Part shown: piece after piece, positions 10,646-27,189 of the stretch
Numbering within the stretch: the first letter of the stretch is position 1
How the letters are laid out: every line of letters starts with the position of its first letter
Source of the DNA: Felixounavirus LF110P4
Sequence record: OZ035790.1
DNA length: 64,000 nt
Strand: one strand, 5' to 3'
The notes under the pieces: model-generated
What the model was told of the DNA's origin: nothing
The model's input: the letters and a program-made list of their open reading frames with translations, nothing else
Databases searched by the model: none
Position numbers and translations under genes: made by a program

Positions 10646-11044
10646 ATGAAAACAGAATCTAGAGTAATTAATGGTAAGAAAGTAAATATCGTTCTGCTTG
10701 GGGCAAGAGATGGTATTAAGATGTCTATGAAGTTGGGTAAAATTGTTGTTCCAACTTTTGCACAGATGCTGTCAAGTCTGACTGACAAGGGTAAGAAAGA
10801 AGCTCCAATGGTTCCATTTAAAGAACTTGTTGAAGCTTGTTTTGACAGAATTGAAGAAATTAACCTTGAAGAAATGGCTACCCTGTTATTTCAAGGAGCA
10901 ACTGTTGATGACTTCCCACTTAATATTGATACATACTTCCAAGCAAACTATGGTGAATTTATTGATTACTTAGCATTTGCGCTGGAGGCAAACTTCGGAA
11001 GTTTTTTCGAAGCAAGCATTTTCAAAAGCCTAACTTCTCAGTAA
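10646..11044 (+). CDS. tail assembly chaperone (G-like, zero-frame product)
   Basis: 132 aa ORF between tube and tape measure; contains slippery heptamer near its 3' end. Confidence 0.6.
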   Translation: MKTESRVINGKKVNIVLLGARDGIKMSMKLGKIVVPTFAQMLSSLTDKGKKEAPMVPFKELVEACFDRIEEINLEEMATLLFQGATVDDFPLNIDTYFQANYGEFIDYLAFALEANFGSFFEASIFKSLTSQ

Positions 11045-11285
11045 ACATGGGTAACACTCTACAGACACCACTAACTGATGCTGCTGTAGAGGCAACCTAT
11101 GAAGAAGCAGACGAGATGAAATTTGTGCTTGCTATTTATGGTATGGAAGGGTGTAAAGAAACACTTGACCAACTCTTTGCTATGACATTCTCTGATTTAT
11201 TATCATTGAGACAATTTCTTGAAATTCAGAGGTCGTATAAAGAGGAAATTGCTTACAACGAACTTAGAAGAGCAGGAAAAATGTA

Positions 11286-11286
<1 letters not shown>
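10646..11286 (+). CDS. tail assembly chaperone -1 frameshift fusion product (GT-like)
   Basis: -1 frame is open from 10966 to 11286 and overlaps the end of the 10646 ORF; T_TTT_TTC slippery site at 11002-11008; canonical position upstream of tape measure. Confidence 0.5.
11002..11008 (+). other. candidate -1 programmed ribosomal frameshift slippery heptamer (T TTT TTC)
   Basis: zero-frame codons agT TTT TTC; -1 frame continues into the ORF annotated 11047..11286. Confidence 0.5.
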
Positions 11287-19305
<8,019 letters not shown>

Positions 19306-19307
19306 TA

Positions 19308-20495
19308 ATGGCAGTAGGTGAAATTCAAATTAGTGCCTTGCCTCAAGCAGCCTTACCAATTGACCTTAGCGATATCTTCCATCTTAAGCAGGGTATTGAG
19401 GATAAGAGGTGCACTCTTGAGCAATTGCTTGCTCCACACTCAAGCCTAAGAAATAACCCTCATGGTGTTACTAAAACACAAATTGGTTTAGATAATGTTA
19501 TTAATGCTCTTCAGTTAGTTGCTGCAAATAACTTATCAGATGTTGCTAATGTCGCTGAGGCAAGGGCAAATTTACAGATTATGTCTTCAGAAGAGGTTAA
19601 TAATCTTGTTCAACAGCATATTCAGGACAAGAGCAACCCACACAATACAACTAAGGCACAGGTAGGGTTGAGTAATGTTCAGAACTGGACAACATCGAAC
19701 CTTTATAACGAAGATGCAGATAAGTATGCTACAGCAAGAGCAGTAAATAACTTGTACAAGGCTGTTCAGGCTTCTTATCCAGTAGGTACTATCCATCTTT
19801 CCATGAACTCTGCAAACCCTTCTACGTATTTAATTTGTGGAGGAACTTGGGAGTTAGTTTCAAAAGGTAGAGCATTGGTTGGTTATGACTCTGAAACAAG
19901 ACCAGCAGGTTCTGTATTTGGTGCTTCAACTGTCACTTTGTCAGTTAATAACATGCCTCAACACTCTCACTCTGTGTCTCTTAGTGGTGGTGGTCACACC
20001 CATAATGCAACGGTGTCAATTTCAGCTTTTGATTATGGAACTAAGACTACCAACTCTTTTGACTATGGAACAAAGACCACTAACACGACTGGTAACCACA
20101 ACCATGTGGGCAGTGGGTCAACAAATGCGGCTGGTGCTCACAACCACAGATTGACCTATGAAGCAGGTGGTGGTTTATCGGAAAGACCTGCAATGGTTTG
20201 GTCTACAAGGAATGACCAATCATGGTACTCAGCAGATGCTGTCTGTGAAGTCGCTGGTTCACACACTCACTCTTTCAGTGTTACCACTAACACGACTGGT
20301 AACCACAGCCACACGGTTGGTATTGGTGCTCACAGCCATACGGTCGGTATTGGTTCACATACACACAATGGTACTGTGGCAGTTTCTTCTTCTGAGCATA
20401 CACATAGCGGGAACACTAACAGTGTTGGTGGTGGACAAGCTTTCAACATTGAGCAGCCATCCTTCGTACTGTATGTATGGCAGAGAACAGCTTAA
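19308..20495 (+). CDS. tail fibre protein (short) with phage tail-fibre repeat and HxH-rich tip
   Basis: Two NPHGVTKTQIGLDNV / NPHNTTKAQVGLSNV repeats; C-terminal HSHS, GHTHN, NHNH, SHTHS, AHSHT, SHTHN, EHTHS motifs resembling T4 gp37/gp12 metal-binding tips. Confidence 0.75.
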   Translation: MAVGEIQISALPQAALPIDLSDIFHLKQGIEDKRCTLEQLLAPHSSLRNNPHGVTKTQIGLDNVINALQLVAANNLSDVANVAEARANLQIMSSEEVNNLVQQHIQDKSNPHNTTKAQVGLSNVQNWTTSNLYNEDADKYATARAVNNLYKAVQASYPVGTIHLSMNSANPSTYLICGGTWELVSKGRALVGYDSETRPAGSVFGASTVTLSVNNMPQHSHSVSLSGGGHTHNATVSISAFDYGTKTTNSFDYGTKTTNTTGNHNHVGSGSTNAAGAHNHRLTYEAGGGLSERPAMVWSTRNDQSWYSADAVCEVAGSHTHSFSVTTNTTGNHSHTVGIGAHSHTVGIGSHTHNGTVAVSSSEHTHSGNTNSVGGGQAFNIEQPSFVLYVWQRTA

Positions 20496-20504
20496 TTTCT
20501 TTAC

Positions 20505-20527
20505 AGGGGCTTGATAGCCCCTTTTAA
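20505..20527 (+). terminator. intrinsic terminator after short tail fibre gene
   Basis: aggggc-ttgata-gcccc then TTTT. Confidence 0.5.
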
Positions 20528-20541
20528 GAGGAAAATTTATA

Positions 20542-22926
20542 ATGGCAGATTACAAGTTGAGTGAATTAAACTCAATCGATACAATCCGTTCAGATGACCT
20601 TCTTCATGTCAGAGTTAAAAAGAGACCTGAAATGCTGGGTGATGAAGACCGTCGAATGACCTATCAAGACTTCTTAGCTTCTTTTAAACTTGAAAGATTT
20701 GTTCAGATTGCTGGTAGCACTATGACTGGTGACTTAGGGATTGTTAAGTTACTTTATGGTGGTAAGGCAGTCTTTGACCCAACAGGCTCTTCTGAGATTA
20801 CTATTGGGGATGTTTTAAAGACTTTTAAAATCAACGCAAATGGCCTTAAACTAACTATTGCAGATGCTTCAAGGTCGGCAACTGTTTATCATACTCTGAA
20901 TAAACCAAGCCCTAATGAACTTGGGATGAGAACTAATGAAGAGAATGATGCAAGATACTCAAGATTAGCGGCAAATAACATCTTTACCTTCCAGCAAGTT
21001 ATCCAAGCAAATGGTGAAGCTATTAGGTTAAAAAACTCTTCTGAGAACTCACCGTTGTATATCAGAGGTCAGGATAGTGCTGGGGTTAATAGGTGGTATG
21101 TAGGTAATGGTTCAGGGAATGATGATGTTATTATCTACAACTACAAGACCGGTTCCCAAGTTAATCTTACTAATGATATTGCTATCAATAAAACACTAAG
21201 AATCACTGGTCAAGTTCAACCTTCTGACCTCTCTAACTTAGATGCTAGATACTTTACTCAGACAGCAGCTAATCAGAGATTTGCACAGTTAACTGCGAAT
21301 AACACTTTTAGTGGTTTAAACACCTTCAGCAACTATATTAGTGTTAGCTCTAATGCTGCTGCTATCATGCTAAAAAATAAAGCTGTTAATGAGTCTTTGT
21401 TCATCCTAGCAAAAGATGTTGAAAACAATAATCTGTGGTATATCGGTAAAGGTGATGCAAATGACAATATCACATTTTACGATTACAAAGGCAATACCTC
21501 AATTGTCTTAAACTTGTCTGGTGTTGCGTTTAATAAGGATGTAAAAATCACTGGCCAAGTTCAGCCATCTAATTGGTCTAACATTGATTCTCGATACATT
21601 CCAGCAGCTACTTTGAGTAATCTCCCTAAACTTAATGTGGCAAACACTTTCGTGAATGTGCAAACTATCGTATCAAATAACGAAGGTGTAGTATTAAGAA
21701 ACTTGACACAGGGGCAGCCACAATATATCCGTGGTGTTGATACTGCGAATGTATCTAGGTGGTGGGTAGGTGTAGGTGGCACAAATTCTACTGATGTAGC
21801 CTTAAACAACAGCTACTCTGGGACTCAAATTACTCTTATGCCTTCAGCGATTAAGGCTAATAAGAATCTAACCATTACTGGTCAAGTTCAACCTTCTGAT
21901 TGGTCTAACTTAGATGCTAGATATTTTGTTAAAACTCAGTTATTAAACCAATCCTTAATGACTGTCTCTGTAGATAACCTTGGAAACCCTTCAGGTTTTA
22001 ATCTTGGATATTCAGGTTTTGTCAGAAACAATCAGGTTACTAGTGGACTGAAAGAATTGGCAATTCATGTTGCTCACTCTAATAAGACTGCTGCACATGC
22101 AAGAGGAATCTCTTTTGTGTATGGCTCAAATGGACTGGCAACATTTACCTATGCCTATGACAAAGACGGCAGATATGCTGGAGAAGCACAGATTTATACA
22201 ACTGCCTTTAAACCAACCCCTTCAGATATTGGTGCATACACTAAAGCTGAAACTGACCAGAAGATTGCACAGGCAGTAAGTGACTCTACAGACCTTAATA
22301 AAATCTATCCAGTAGGTATTGTAACGTGGTTTAACAGCAACGTTGACCCTAATACAGCACTTCCTGGTCTAACTTGGACGTACCTGAACAATGGTGTTGG
22401 GAGAACTATTAGAATTGCAGCAGCAAATGGTTCAGATGTTGCTACAACTGGTGGTTCAGATTCTGTGACGTTAGCTGTTGGTAACTTGCCATCACACACC
22501 CATAGTTTCTCTGCTACCACTTCATCTTTTGATTATGGTACGAAGGGGACTAACAGTACGGGTGGTCACACTCACTCCGTAAGTGGCACAACAAGTGCTG
22601 CTGGCAACCACGCTCACCACTTAGGTCTGCTATTAGTTAACGGTGGTGATGCTCTGTACGGGTATACAACCGTTGGTAACAGTCTGCCTAGAACACTTGA
22701 CTGGCTTGACAGAAGAGACAATAAATTTCCTAACACTAACACGACTGGTAACCATACACACACATGGTCTGGTACTACAAGTGGTGCTGGTGACCATTCC
22801 CACTCTGTAGGTATTGGTGCTCACAGCCATACAGTTAGTGGTAACACTGGTAGTACGGGTTCTGGTTCAGCGTTTAGTGTTACTAACCAGTTCTACAAGT
22901 TAATGGCTTGGGTGAGGACTGCTTAA
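20542..22926 (+). CDS. tail fibre protein (long) with three internal ~110 aa repeats and HxH-rich tip
   Basis: 794 aa; three repeats each ending ITGQVQPS(D/N)(L/W)SN(L/I)D(A/S)RY(F/I); C-terminal HxH cluster; shares a 23-nt identical stretch with the 19308 gene. Confidence 0.8.
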   Translation: MADYKLSELNSIDTIRSDDLLHVRVKKRPEMLGDEDRRMTYQDFLASFKLERFVQIAGSTMTGDLGIVKLLYGGKAVFDPTGSSEITIGDVLKTFKINANGLKLTIADASRSATVYHTLNKPSPNELGMRTNEENDARYSRLAANNIFTFQQVIQANGEAIRLKNSSENSPLYIRGQDSAGVNRWYVGNGSGNDDVIIYNYKTGSQVNLTNDIAINKTLRITGQVQPSDLSNLDARYFTQTAANQRFAQLTANNTFSGLNTFSNYISVSSNAAAIMLKNKAVNESLFILAKDVENNNLWYIGKGDANDNITFYDYKGNTSIVLNLSGVAFNKDVKITGQVQPSNWSNIDSRYIPAATLSNLPKLNVANTFVNVQTIVSNNEGVVLRNLTQGQPQYIRGVDTANVSRWWVGVGGTNSTDVALNNSYSGTQITLMPSAIKANKNLTITGQVQPSDWSNLDARYFVKTQLLNQSLMTVSVDNLGNPSGFNLGYSGFVRNNQVTSGLKELAIHVAHSNKTAAHARGISFVYGSNGLATFTYAYDKDGRYAGEAQIYTTAFKPTPSDIGAYTKAETDQKIAQAVSDSTDLNKIYPVGIVTWFNSNVDPNTALPGLTWTYLNNGVGRTIRIAAANGSDVATTGGSDSVTLAVGNLPSHTHSFSATTSSFDYGTKGTNSTGGHTHSVSGTTSAAGNHAHHLGLLLVNGGDALYGYTTVGNSLPRTLDWLDRRDNKFPNTNTTGNHTHTWSGTTSGAGDHSHSVGIGAHSHTVSGNTGSTGSGSAFSVTNQFYKLMAWVRTA
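20950..21930 (+). repeat. three tandem ~330-340 bp coding repeats inside long tail fibre gene
   Basis: repeat ends at ~21203-21250, 21546-21600 and 21874-21927 encode near-identical ITGQVQPS...RYF motifs. Confidence 0.7.
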
Positions 22927-22933
22927 TCCCTTG

Positions 22934-22962
22934 TTGACTGATTGTTAAGATGGTGTTAATAT
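22934..22962 (+). promoter_or_regulatory. sigma70-like promoter (TTGACT-17-TAATAT)
   Basis: ttgact at 22934-22939, taatat at 22957-22962, upstream of 23006 ORF. Confidence 0.4.
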
Positions 22963-23005
22963 TCTTTATGGGTATTCTCACCATCTTGGCTGATGAGGTG
23001 ATTAA

Positions 23006-23200
23006 ATGCCTACAATCCTAGCAATTCTTCTAAAAAATCTAGGTAGCTTCTTCTGGAAACTCATTTTATCCCTTCTAAGTGAATACATGATTGAGAAAGT
23101 GTTCTTTAAGCTTGCAAGATACCTTGCGAGTAAAACAGACACACCTATTGATGATGAGTTCGTAGATAACTTAGAAAAAGCTTTTAAGGGGGAGAAATAA
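23006..23200 (+). CDS. small membrane protein (possible holin-like)
   Basis: 64 aa; gaggtga RBS; hydrophobic N-terminal segment ILAILLKNLGSFFWKLILSLL; downstream of tail fibres. Confidence 0.45.
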   Translation: MPTILAILLKNLGSFFWKLILSLLSEYMIEKVFFKLARYLASKTDTPIDDEFVDNLEKAFKGEK

Positions 23201-23566
23201 ATGAAGTGGCTAGAGGAAGCTTTTAAAAATAATATTGGTGCAATTGTAGTTGGTATTTTTAGTGTTATTGGGATGTATACCACCATGCAAGTTTCGGATG
23301 GTAAGCAAGAAGTGTCTGTCACAACAAAGTTACAGCAGCTAGATAATTACAGCAAAGCTAATTACTCAGCTATTCGTGATTTACAGTCTGACATGAGACT
23401 GATTCAGCTAGGGATGGAGAACCAGAAAGTTCAGTTAGAGAATGTTAAGGGTGAAAACGCAAAACTTACCAAAACTCTTGATAAATTCTCTGACAGTGTA
23501 AATAATCTGGCTCAATCAGTATCAGCCCTCCAAGCTATTACTGAGAAGAACACAAAAGAACACTGA
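23201..23566 (+). CDS. membrane-anchored coiled-coil protein (possible lysis-related or fibre assembly)
   Basis: 121 aa; aagggggag RBS; one TM helix (IGAIVVGIFSVIGMY) then coiled-coil-like region. Confidence 0.45.
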   Translation: MKWLEEAFKNNIGAIVVGIFSVIGMYTTMQVSDGKQEVSVTTKLQQLDNYSKANYSAIRDLQSDMRLIQLGMENQKVQLENVKGENAKLTKTLDKFSDSVNNLAQSVSALQAITEKNTKEH

Positions 23567-23574
23567 AAATAAAA

Positions 23575-23612
23575 TTTTAAGGCTCCTTTTTACGGGAGCC
23601 TTTTTTGTTTTT
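23575..23612. terminator. bidirectional intrinsic terminator between convergent gene blocks
   Basis: ggctcc-tttttacg-ggagcc hairpin flanked by an A-tract upstream and T-tract downstream. Confidence 0.7.
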
Positions 23613-24510
23613 ACTTACCTACTGACAAAGGTGCTTCAATCTTTCCTGCATGTTTGTAGTTGTTGATGCCACCAATAAAGTCACTTGCAGTAAGATGTTT
23701 AAGGTCACTTAGAGTGTTAAGCTGTACACCAATCTCAAAAGTAGGTGCATGGAACTCTTCATTGTTCATCAGTTCATAAACCTGCTTCATATGGTTCTGA
23801 TAAATTTGAGTATCTCCAAAGACACCTATCAAGTATCGTGGAGTGTATCCAGTCATCTTACAAAGAACTTCTAAGATAAAGCCATAAGACGCAATATTAA
23901 ACGGAAGTCCTAAAAAGGTGTCTACAGAACGCTGATACCATTGTAAGTCAACTTCACCTTCGTTAGTGATATAAATCTGAAACAGTACATGACAAGGTGC
24001 TAAAGCCATCGAGTTAGCTGCAATATCTGCTGCATTCCAAGCATTAACAAGCATGTAGCGGTCTGTAATATCACCCTTCATCTTCGTTACTAAGGTCTCT
24101 AACTGGTCTACAACACAACCATTATGACCTTCAAAGTTTCTCCACTGAACCCCGTAGATTCTCCCACCTGCATCTTCTAACCAGTCTTGTTCAGAAGAAT
24201 AGTTAGAGCTTAACCAGCGTTTAAAATCATCTGACCAGATAGTCCAGCGTTCCCCATCATTTTCACCCCAAGTACGGTAACGGAGTTCGCCAAGTTTATT
24301 CTCACCATTCAGGAACCATAAAGCTTCCCCGATAACTTGCCGTGTAAACACCTGTTTAGATGTTAAGAGTGGGAAACCAGTACGCATATCAAAACGAAAT
24401 TGTGGTGGAGCAAATGCAGAGATAACATCTCCAGTTCGTGTAGTACGCAGTTCACCAACGGATAAAACATGGTTCAGGATATTTTTGTAACTCAAATCAG
24501 CTTGTGACAT
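23611..24510 (-). CDS. thyA: thymidylate synthase
   Basis: ThyA signature including active-site ALAPCH and LQWYQRSVDTFLGLPFNIASYG motifs; 299 aa, colinear. Confidence 0.95.
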   Translation of the reverse strand: MSQADLSYKNILNHVLSVGELRTTRTGDVISAFAPPQFRFDMRTGFPLLTSKQVFTRQVIGEALWFLNGENKLGELRYRTWGENDGERWTIWSDDFKRWLSSNYSSEQDWLEDAGGRIYGVQWRNFEGHNGCVVDQLETLVTKMKGDITDRYMLVNAWNAADIAANSMALAPCHVLFQIYITNEGEVDLQWYQRSVDTFLGLPFNIASYGFILEVLCKMTGYTPRYLIGVFGDTQIYQNHMKQVYELMNNEEFHAPTFEIGVQLNTLSDLKHLTASDFIGGINNYKHAGKIEAPLSVGK

Positions 24511-24511
24511 A

Positions 24512-25057
24512 TCAAAAGTGTCCTTTTACTTGTGGAACATAAATCTCAAAGGTTGCTTTACCATCATCTGAGGGTCTTGACTGCACCTTTGCAAATACAC
24601 GGCTATCATACAGTTTATCGAAGAAGTTTTCAAAAGGTAAATGTACAGTGACCTCTTCAGTAACTTTATGGAAAACAGTATGGAACACTACATCAGCATA
24701 TGGTAAAGCATTGACAAGGACACCTGCACCACCAATTACAAAGACATCTTCATCAATAGAGCTATCAAGATACTTCAAAAATGCTCCAAAGGATTCTTTG
24801 CTGGCCTTAGCATACATTACATCATCTTTGCCAAAATCTATGCCTAAATATGGTACAGAATTTGTTAAGATTAGGTTTGCACGTTCTGGTAATGGTTTGC
24901 TACCCAGAGTCTTAAAAGTCTCATTACCCATCACTACTAAGTTGTTTTTAGTGAGTCTCTTAAACTCTTGCATATCTTGCTTATGTCGAGGCCACGGCAT
25001 ACCAGTTGGAGTACCAAATTCACCGTTTTCACCACTTGCAAATATTAGCTTAATCAT
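24512..25057 (-). CDS. frd: dihydrofolate reductase
   Basis: 181 aa; DHFR-like N-terminus IKLIFA...GMPW and VVMGNETFKTLG motif; adjacent to thyA. Confidence 0.85.
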   Translation of the reverse strand: MIKLIFASGENGEFGTPTGMPWPRHKQDMQEFKRLTKNNLVVMGNETFKTLGSKPLPERANLILTNSVPYLGIDFGKDDVMYAKASKESFGAFLKYLDSSIDEDVFVIGGAGVLVNALPYADVVFHTVFHKVTEEVTVHLPFENFFDKLYDSRVFAKVQSRPSDDGKATFEIYVPQVKGHF

Positions 25058-25314
25058 TTTGTAAACCCTTTCTTAATGAACCAGTTGATGACACTCTTCA
25101 CAACTTTACTACGATGGTAGATAAAATGTGGAGAGGGTTGGTATGAACCATAAGCCCAGAAAGCGATAATTTCATTACACCCTGTGCATCGGGTACTTTC
25201 TTCAGCAATATGACCGTTGACTATTTCACTTACCTCACCTTGTAAGTCTGTACACCCACAATGTGGGCATCGGATAGGTGTTCCATCAGACTCATAGCAG
25301 TGTTCAATTTTCAT
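25054..25314 (-). CDS. small zinc-ribbon protein
   Basis: 86 aa with CPHCGC ... CTGCNE cysteine pairs. Confidence 0.45.
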   Translation of the reverse strand: MKIEHCYESDGTPIRCPHCGCTDLQGEVSEIVNGHIAEESTRCTGCNEIIAFWAYGSYQPSPHFIYHRSKVVKSVINWFIKKGFTK

Positions 25315-25830
25315 TTACTTAACCTCAAAAACTGGCTCAAGAACCAATATAAAGTCTACACAGTCATCTTCTTCATCCAGAATACCATCAAAGTTCTTAG
25401 GAACGAAGTCGAAGAGGCTCATCACAAAGCAGTCAGAAGTGACCTTGATAGTTCCTCCCATGTTCTCTACAGTTAACACTGTACGACTTTCTTTTACCTC
25501 CCTCAGAAGATTACCCACAAAGTCATCTAAGAAGTACTTCATCAGTGACTTAAAACCTTTAGGATAATCTGTACCAGAGTATGTTTCAATCTGAGGCACA
25601 AGCTTAACATTTATACTAGTCTTTGTTAAGAACGTGTTAGAGAACATACTATCAGGTAGTTTGCAAACAATCTTTCCAGTACCTTCATGTTCAATCTCAA
25701 CAAAACCAGCTTCGTCGCCACATGTAACTATTTTAAAAGATGCTTCATTCTCATACTGTGAAGCCATAAACTTTTTAAGCATCTCTTTAAGGAAATCTGC
25801 ATGAGCATCTTGTAAGTAGATATCAATCAT
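25315..25830 (-). CDS. hypothetical protein
   Basis: 171 aa ORF in compact leftward operon. Confidence 0.4.
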   Translation of the reverse strand: MIDIYLQDAHADFLKEMLKKFMASQYENEASFKIVTCGDEAGFVEIEHEGTGKIVCKLPDSMFSNTFLTKTSINVKLVPQIETYSGTDYPKGFKSLMKYFLDDFVGNLLREVKESRTVLTVENMGGTIKVTSDCFVMSLFDFVPKNFDGILDEEDDCVDFILVLEPVFEVK

Positions 25831-25843
25831 AGTTAATCACCTA

Positions 25844-26203
25844 TTATGGGAACAGACACTTAATGTCATCATTTTTGAAAACGAAACTTGTGTAGTTGTG
25901 ACCGTCAACATCCAGCCAAACAGCCTGAACATCTACACCATCAAGATTCTGGTAAAGCTCTTTGATGAAGTGGTCTTTCACAACCTGACTGCTAGTTGTT
26001 TCCAGTTTAATGTTTGAGATTGCTGAGCCTACAGCCATATAGCCCATGACACGTTTCTTCTCAGTGTGCTTAATCTTACCATCTTTGTAAGCCATAATGA
26101 GATTGGAGAGAATCTTCACACCATAATACTTTTCAAGGTGAGTTGGTACGCCATAAAAGCCTAATGCGAAGTTTTCAGAGTGGATAATGTTTTCACGTTT
26201 CAT
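25844..26203 (-). CDS. hypothetical protein
   Basis: 119 aa ORF. Confidence 0.4.
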   Translation of the reverse strand: MKRENIIHSENFALGFYGVPTHLEKYYGVKILSNLIMAYKDGKIKHTEKKRVMGYMAVGSAISNIKLETTSSQVVKDHFIKELYQNLDGVDVQAVWLDVDGHNYTSFVFKNDDIKCLFP

Positions 26204-26204
26204 A

Positions 26205-26504
26205 TTAATCTGCCAACCTTAAATTGAAATTAACACCAAATTTTTCACATACTTCCAACATATACTCAAGGGAGACGTTACCAGTGAGATGGATTATGTT
26301 GGATACACGAGCCTGAGAGATACCACAAATTTTAGCAACTTGCTCTTGAGAAAGACCTCTGGATTTAATCTCTCTCTTAAAACGATGTGCAACGAAGTCT
26401 CTCATTTCGTCTACATCCATTGGACAAATATAACTCTCCATTTCAGCCTCTCTATCAGCCTCCCAATCATCTTGTGGGGCATAAGGGTCAAAAACCTCAT
26501 TCAT
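26205..26504 (-). CDS. XRE-type helix-turn-helix protein
   Basis: HTH-like segment GLSQEQVAKICGISQARVSNIIH; likely ATG at 26504 with ggaag RBS (track ORF extends to 26534). Confidence 0.5.
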   Translation of the reverse strand: MNEVFDPYAPQDDWEADREAEMESYICPMDVDEMRDFVAHRFKREIKSRGLSQEQVAKICGISQARVSNIIHLTGNVSLEYMLEVCEKFGVNFNLRLAD

Positions 26505-26709
26505 CTTTCTTCTTCCGTTTGCGTGAAGTGTCAATTAATGAATCTATGTTTGTAGCCCTAACCTTTTCACGTTCATCGTTAAGATAATCATCAAGAGCCT
26601 TTTCAATCTGTGAATCATCTTGACAGATGACTGTAAAGACTGTAAAGCCGTCTGTATCGTCAATTATCTTACCATAACCGCTTCTGGGATGTAACTTTTT
26701 AAGAGCCAT
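26497..26709 (-). CDS. hypothetical protein
   Basis: 70 aa ORF with basic C-terminus. Confidence 0.35.
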   Translation of the reverse strand: MALKKLHPRSGYGKIIDDTDGFTVFTVICQDDSQIEKALDDYLNDEREKVRATNIDSLIDTSRKRKKKDE

Positions 26710-26710
26710 A

Positions 26711-27094
26711 TCAGATACCTGTGCAGCTTCTGTTTTCTAAGAAATACTCAACACCATACATGGCTTTTTGCATCAAATCTTCTTTAAACTGAATACGATG
26801 ATTGAGCATAGTTTGTACATCAATATCGTCATGGTGTTTCTCTTTAATATTTGCAGATTGTAGGAAATACTCTGCAAGAACACGATACTGATAGTCAGTT
26901 ACCTTATCAGTCATCTCTGTTAAAGACTCTTCAGAGATTGGTTTCAGTAGCTCACCATTAGCTAGAGCAACACCTTTTACAATCTGGCAAGTATCTTCTG
27001 GAACACCTGACAAGTCCACATTTGGGAGTTCTGTTGCATTGACTGGTAAATTCATTGCCATAACCATTGCAGCAGCTAATAAAATCTTTTTCAT
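26711..27094 (-). CDS. secreted (periplasmic) protein of unknown function
   Basis: 127 aa; N-terminal Sec signal peptide MKKILLAAAMVMAMNLPVNA; has its own promoter. Confidence 0.55.
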   Translation of the reverse strand: MKKILLAAAMVMAMNLPVNATELPNVDLSGVPEDTCQIVKGVALANGELLKPISEESLTEMTDKVTDYQYRVLAEYFLQSANIKEKHHDDIDVQTMLNHRIQFKEDLMQKAMYGVEYFLENRSCTGI

Positions 27095-27132
27095 AATGAC
27101 CTCAAAGTTATATTAAATTTTGTATTACATTG

Positions 27133-27167
27133 AGTATAAAAATAAGCTATAACACCTGACTTGTCAA
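27133..27167 (-). promoter_or_regulatory. sigma70-like promoter (TTGACA-17-TATTTT, TATACT further downstream)
   Basis: minus-strand ttgaca at 27167-27162, ~40 nt upstream of the 27094 start codon. Confidence 0.45.
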
Positions 27168-27189
27168 CAGATTTTATAGCTTATTTGGC

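Noticed and set aside
19879-20514. Alternative-frame + strand ORFs (19879..20154, 20158..20514) inside the short tail fibre gene
   Set aside because: They overlap the fibre gene in other frames and are open only because of the repetitive ACN/GGT-rich coding sequence; no RBS.
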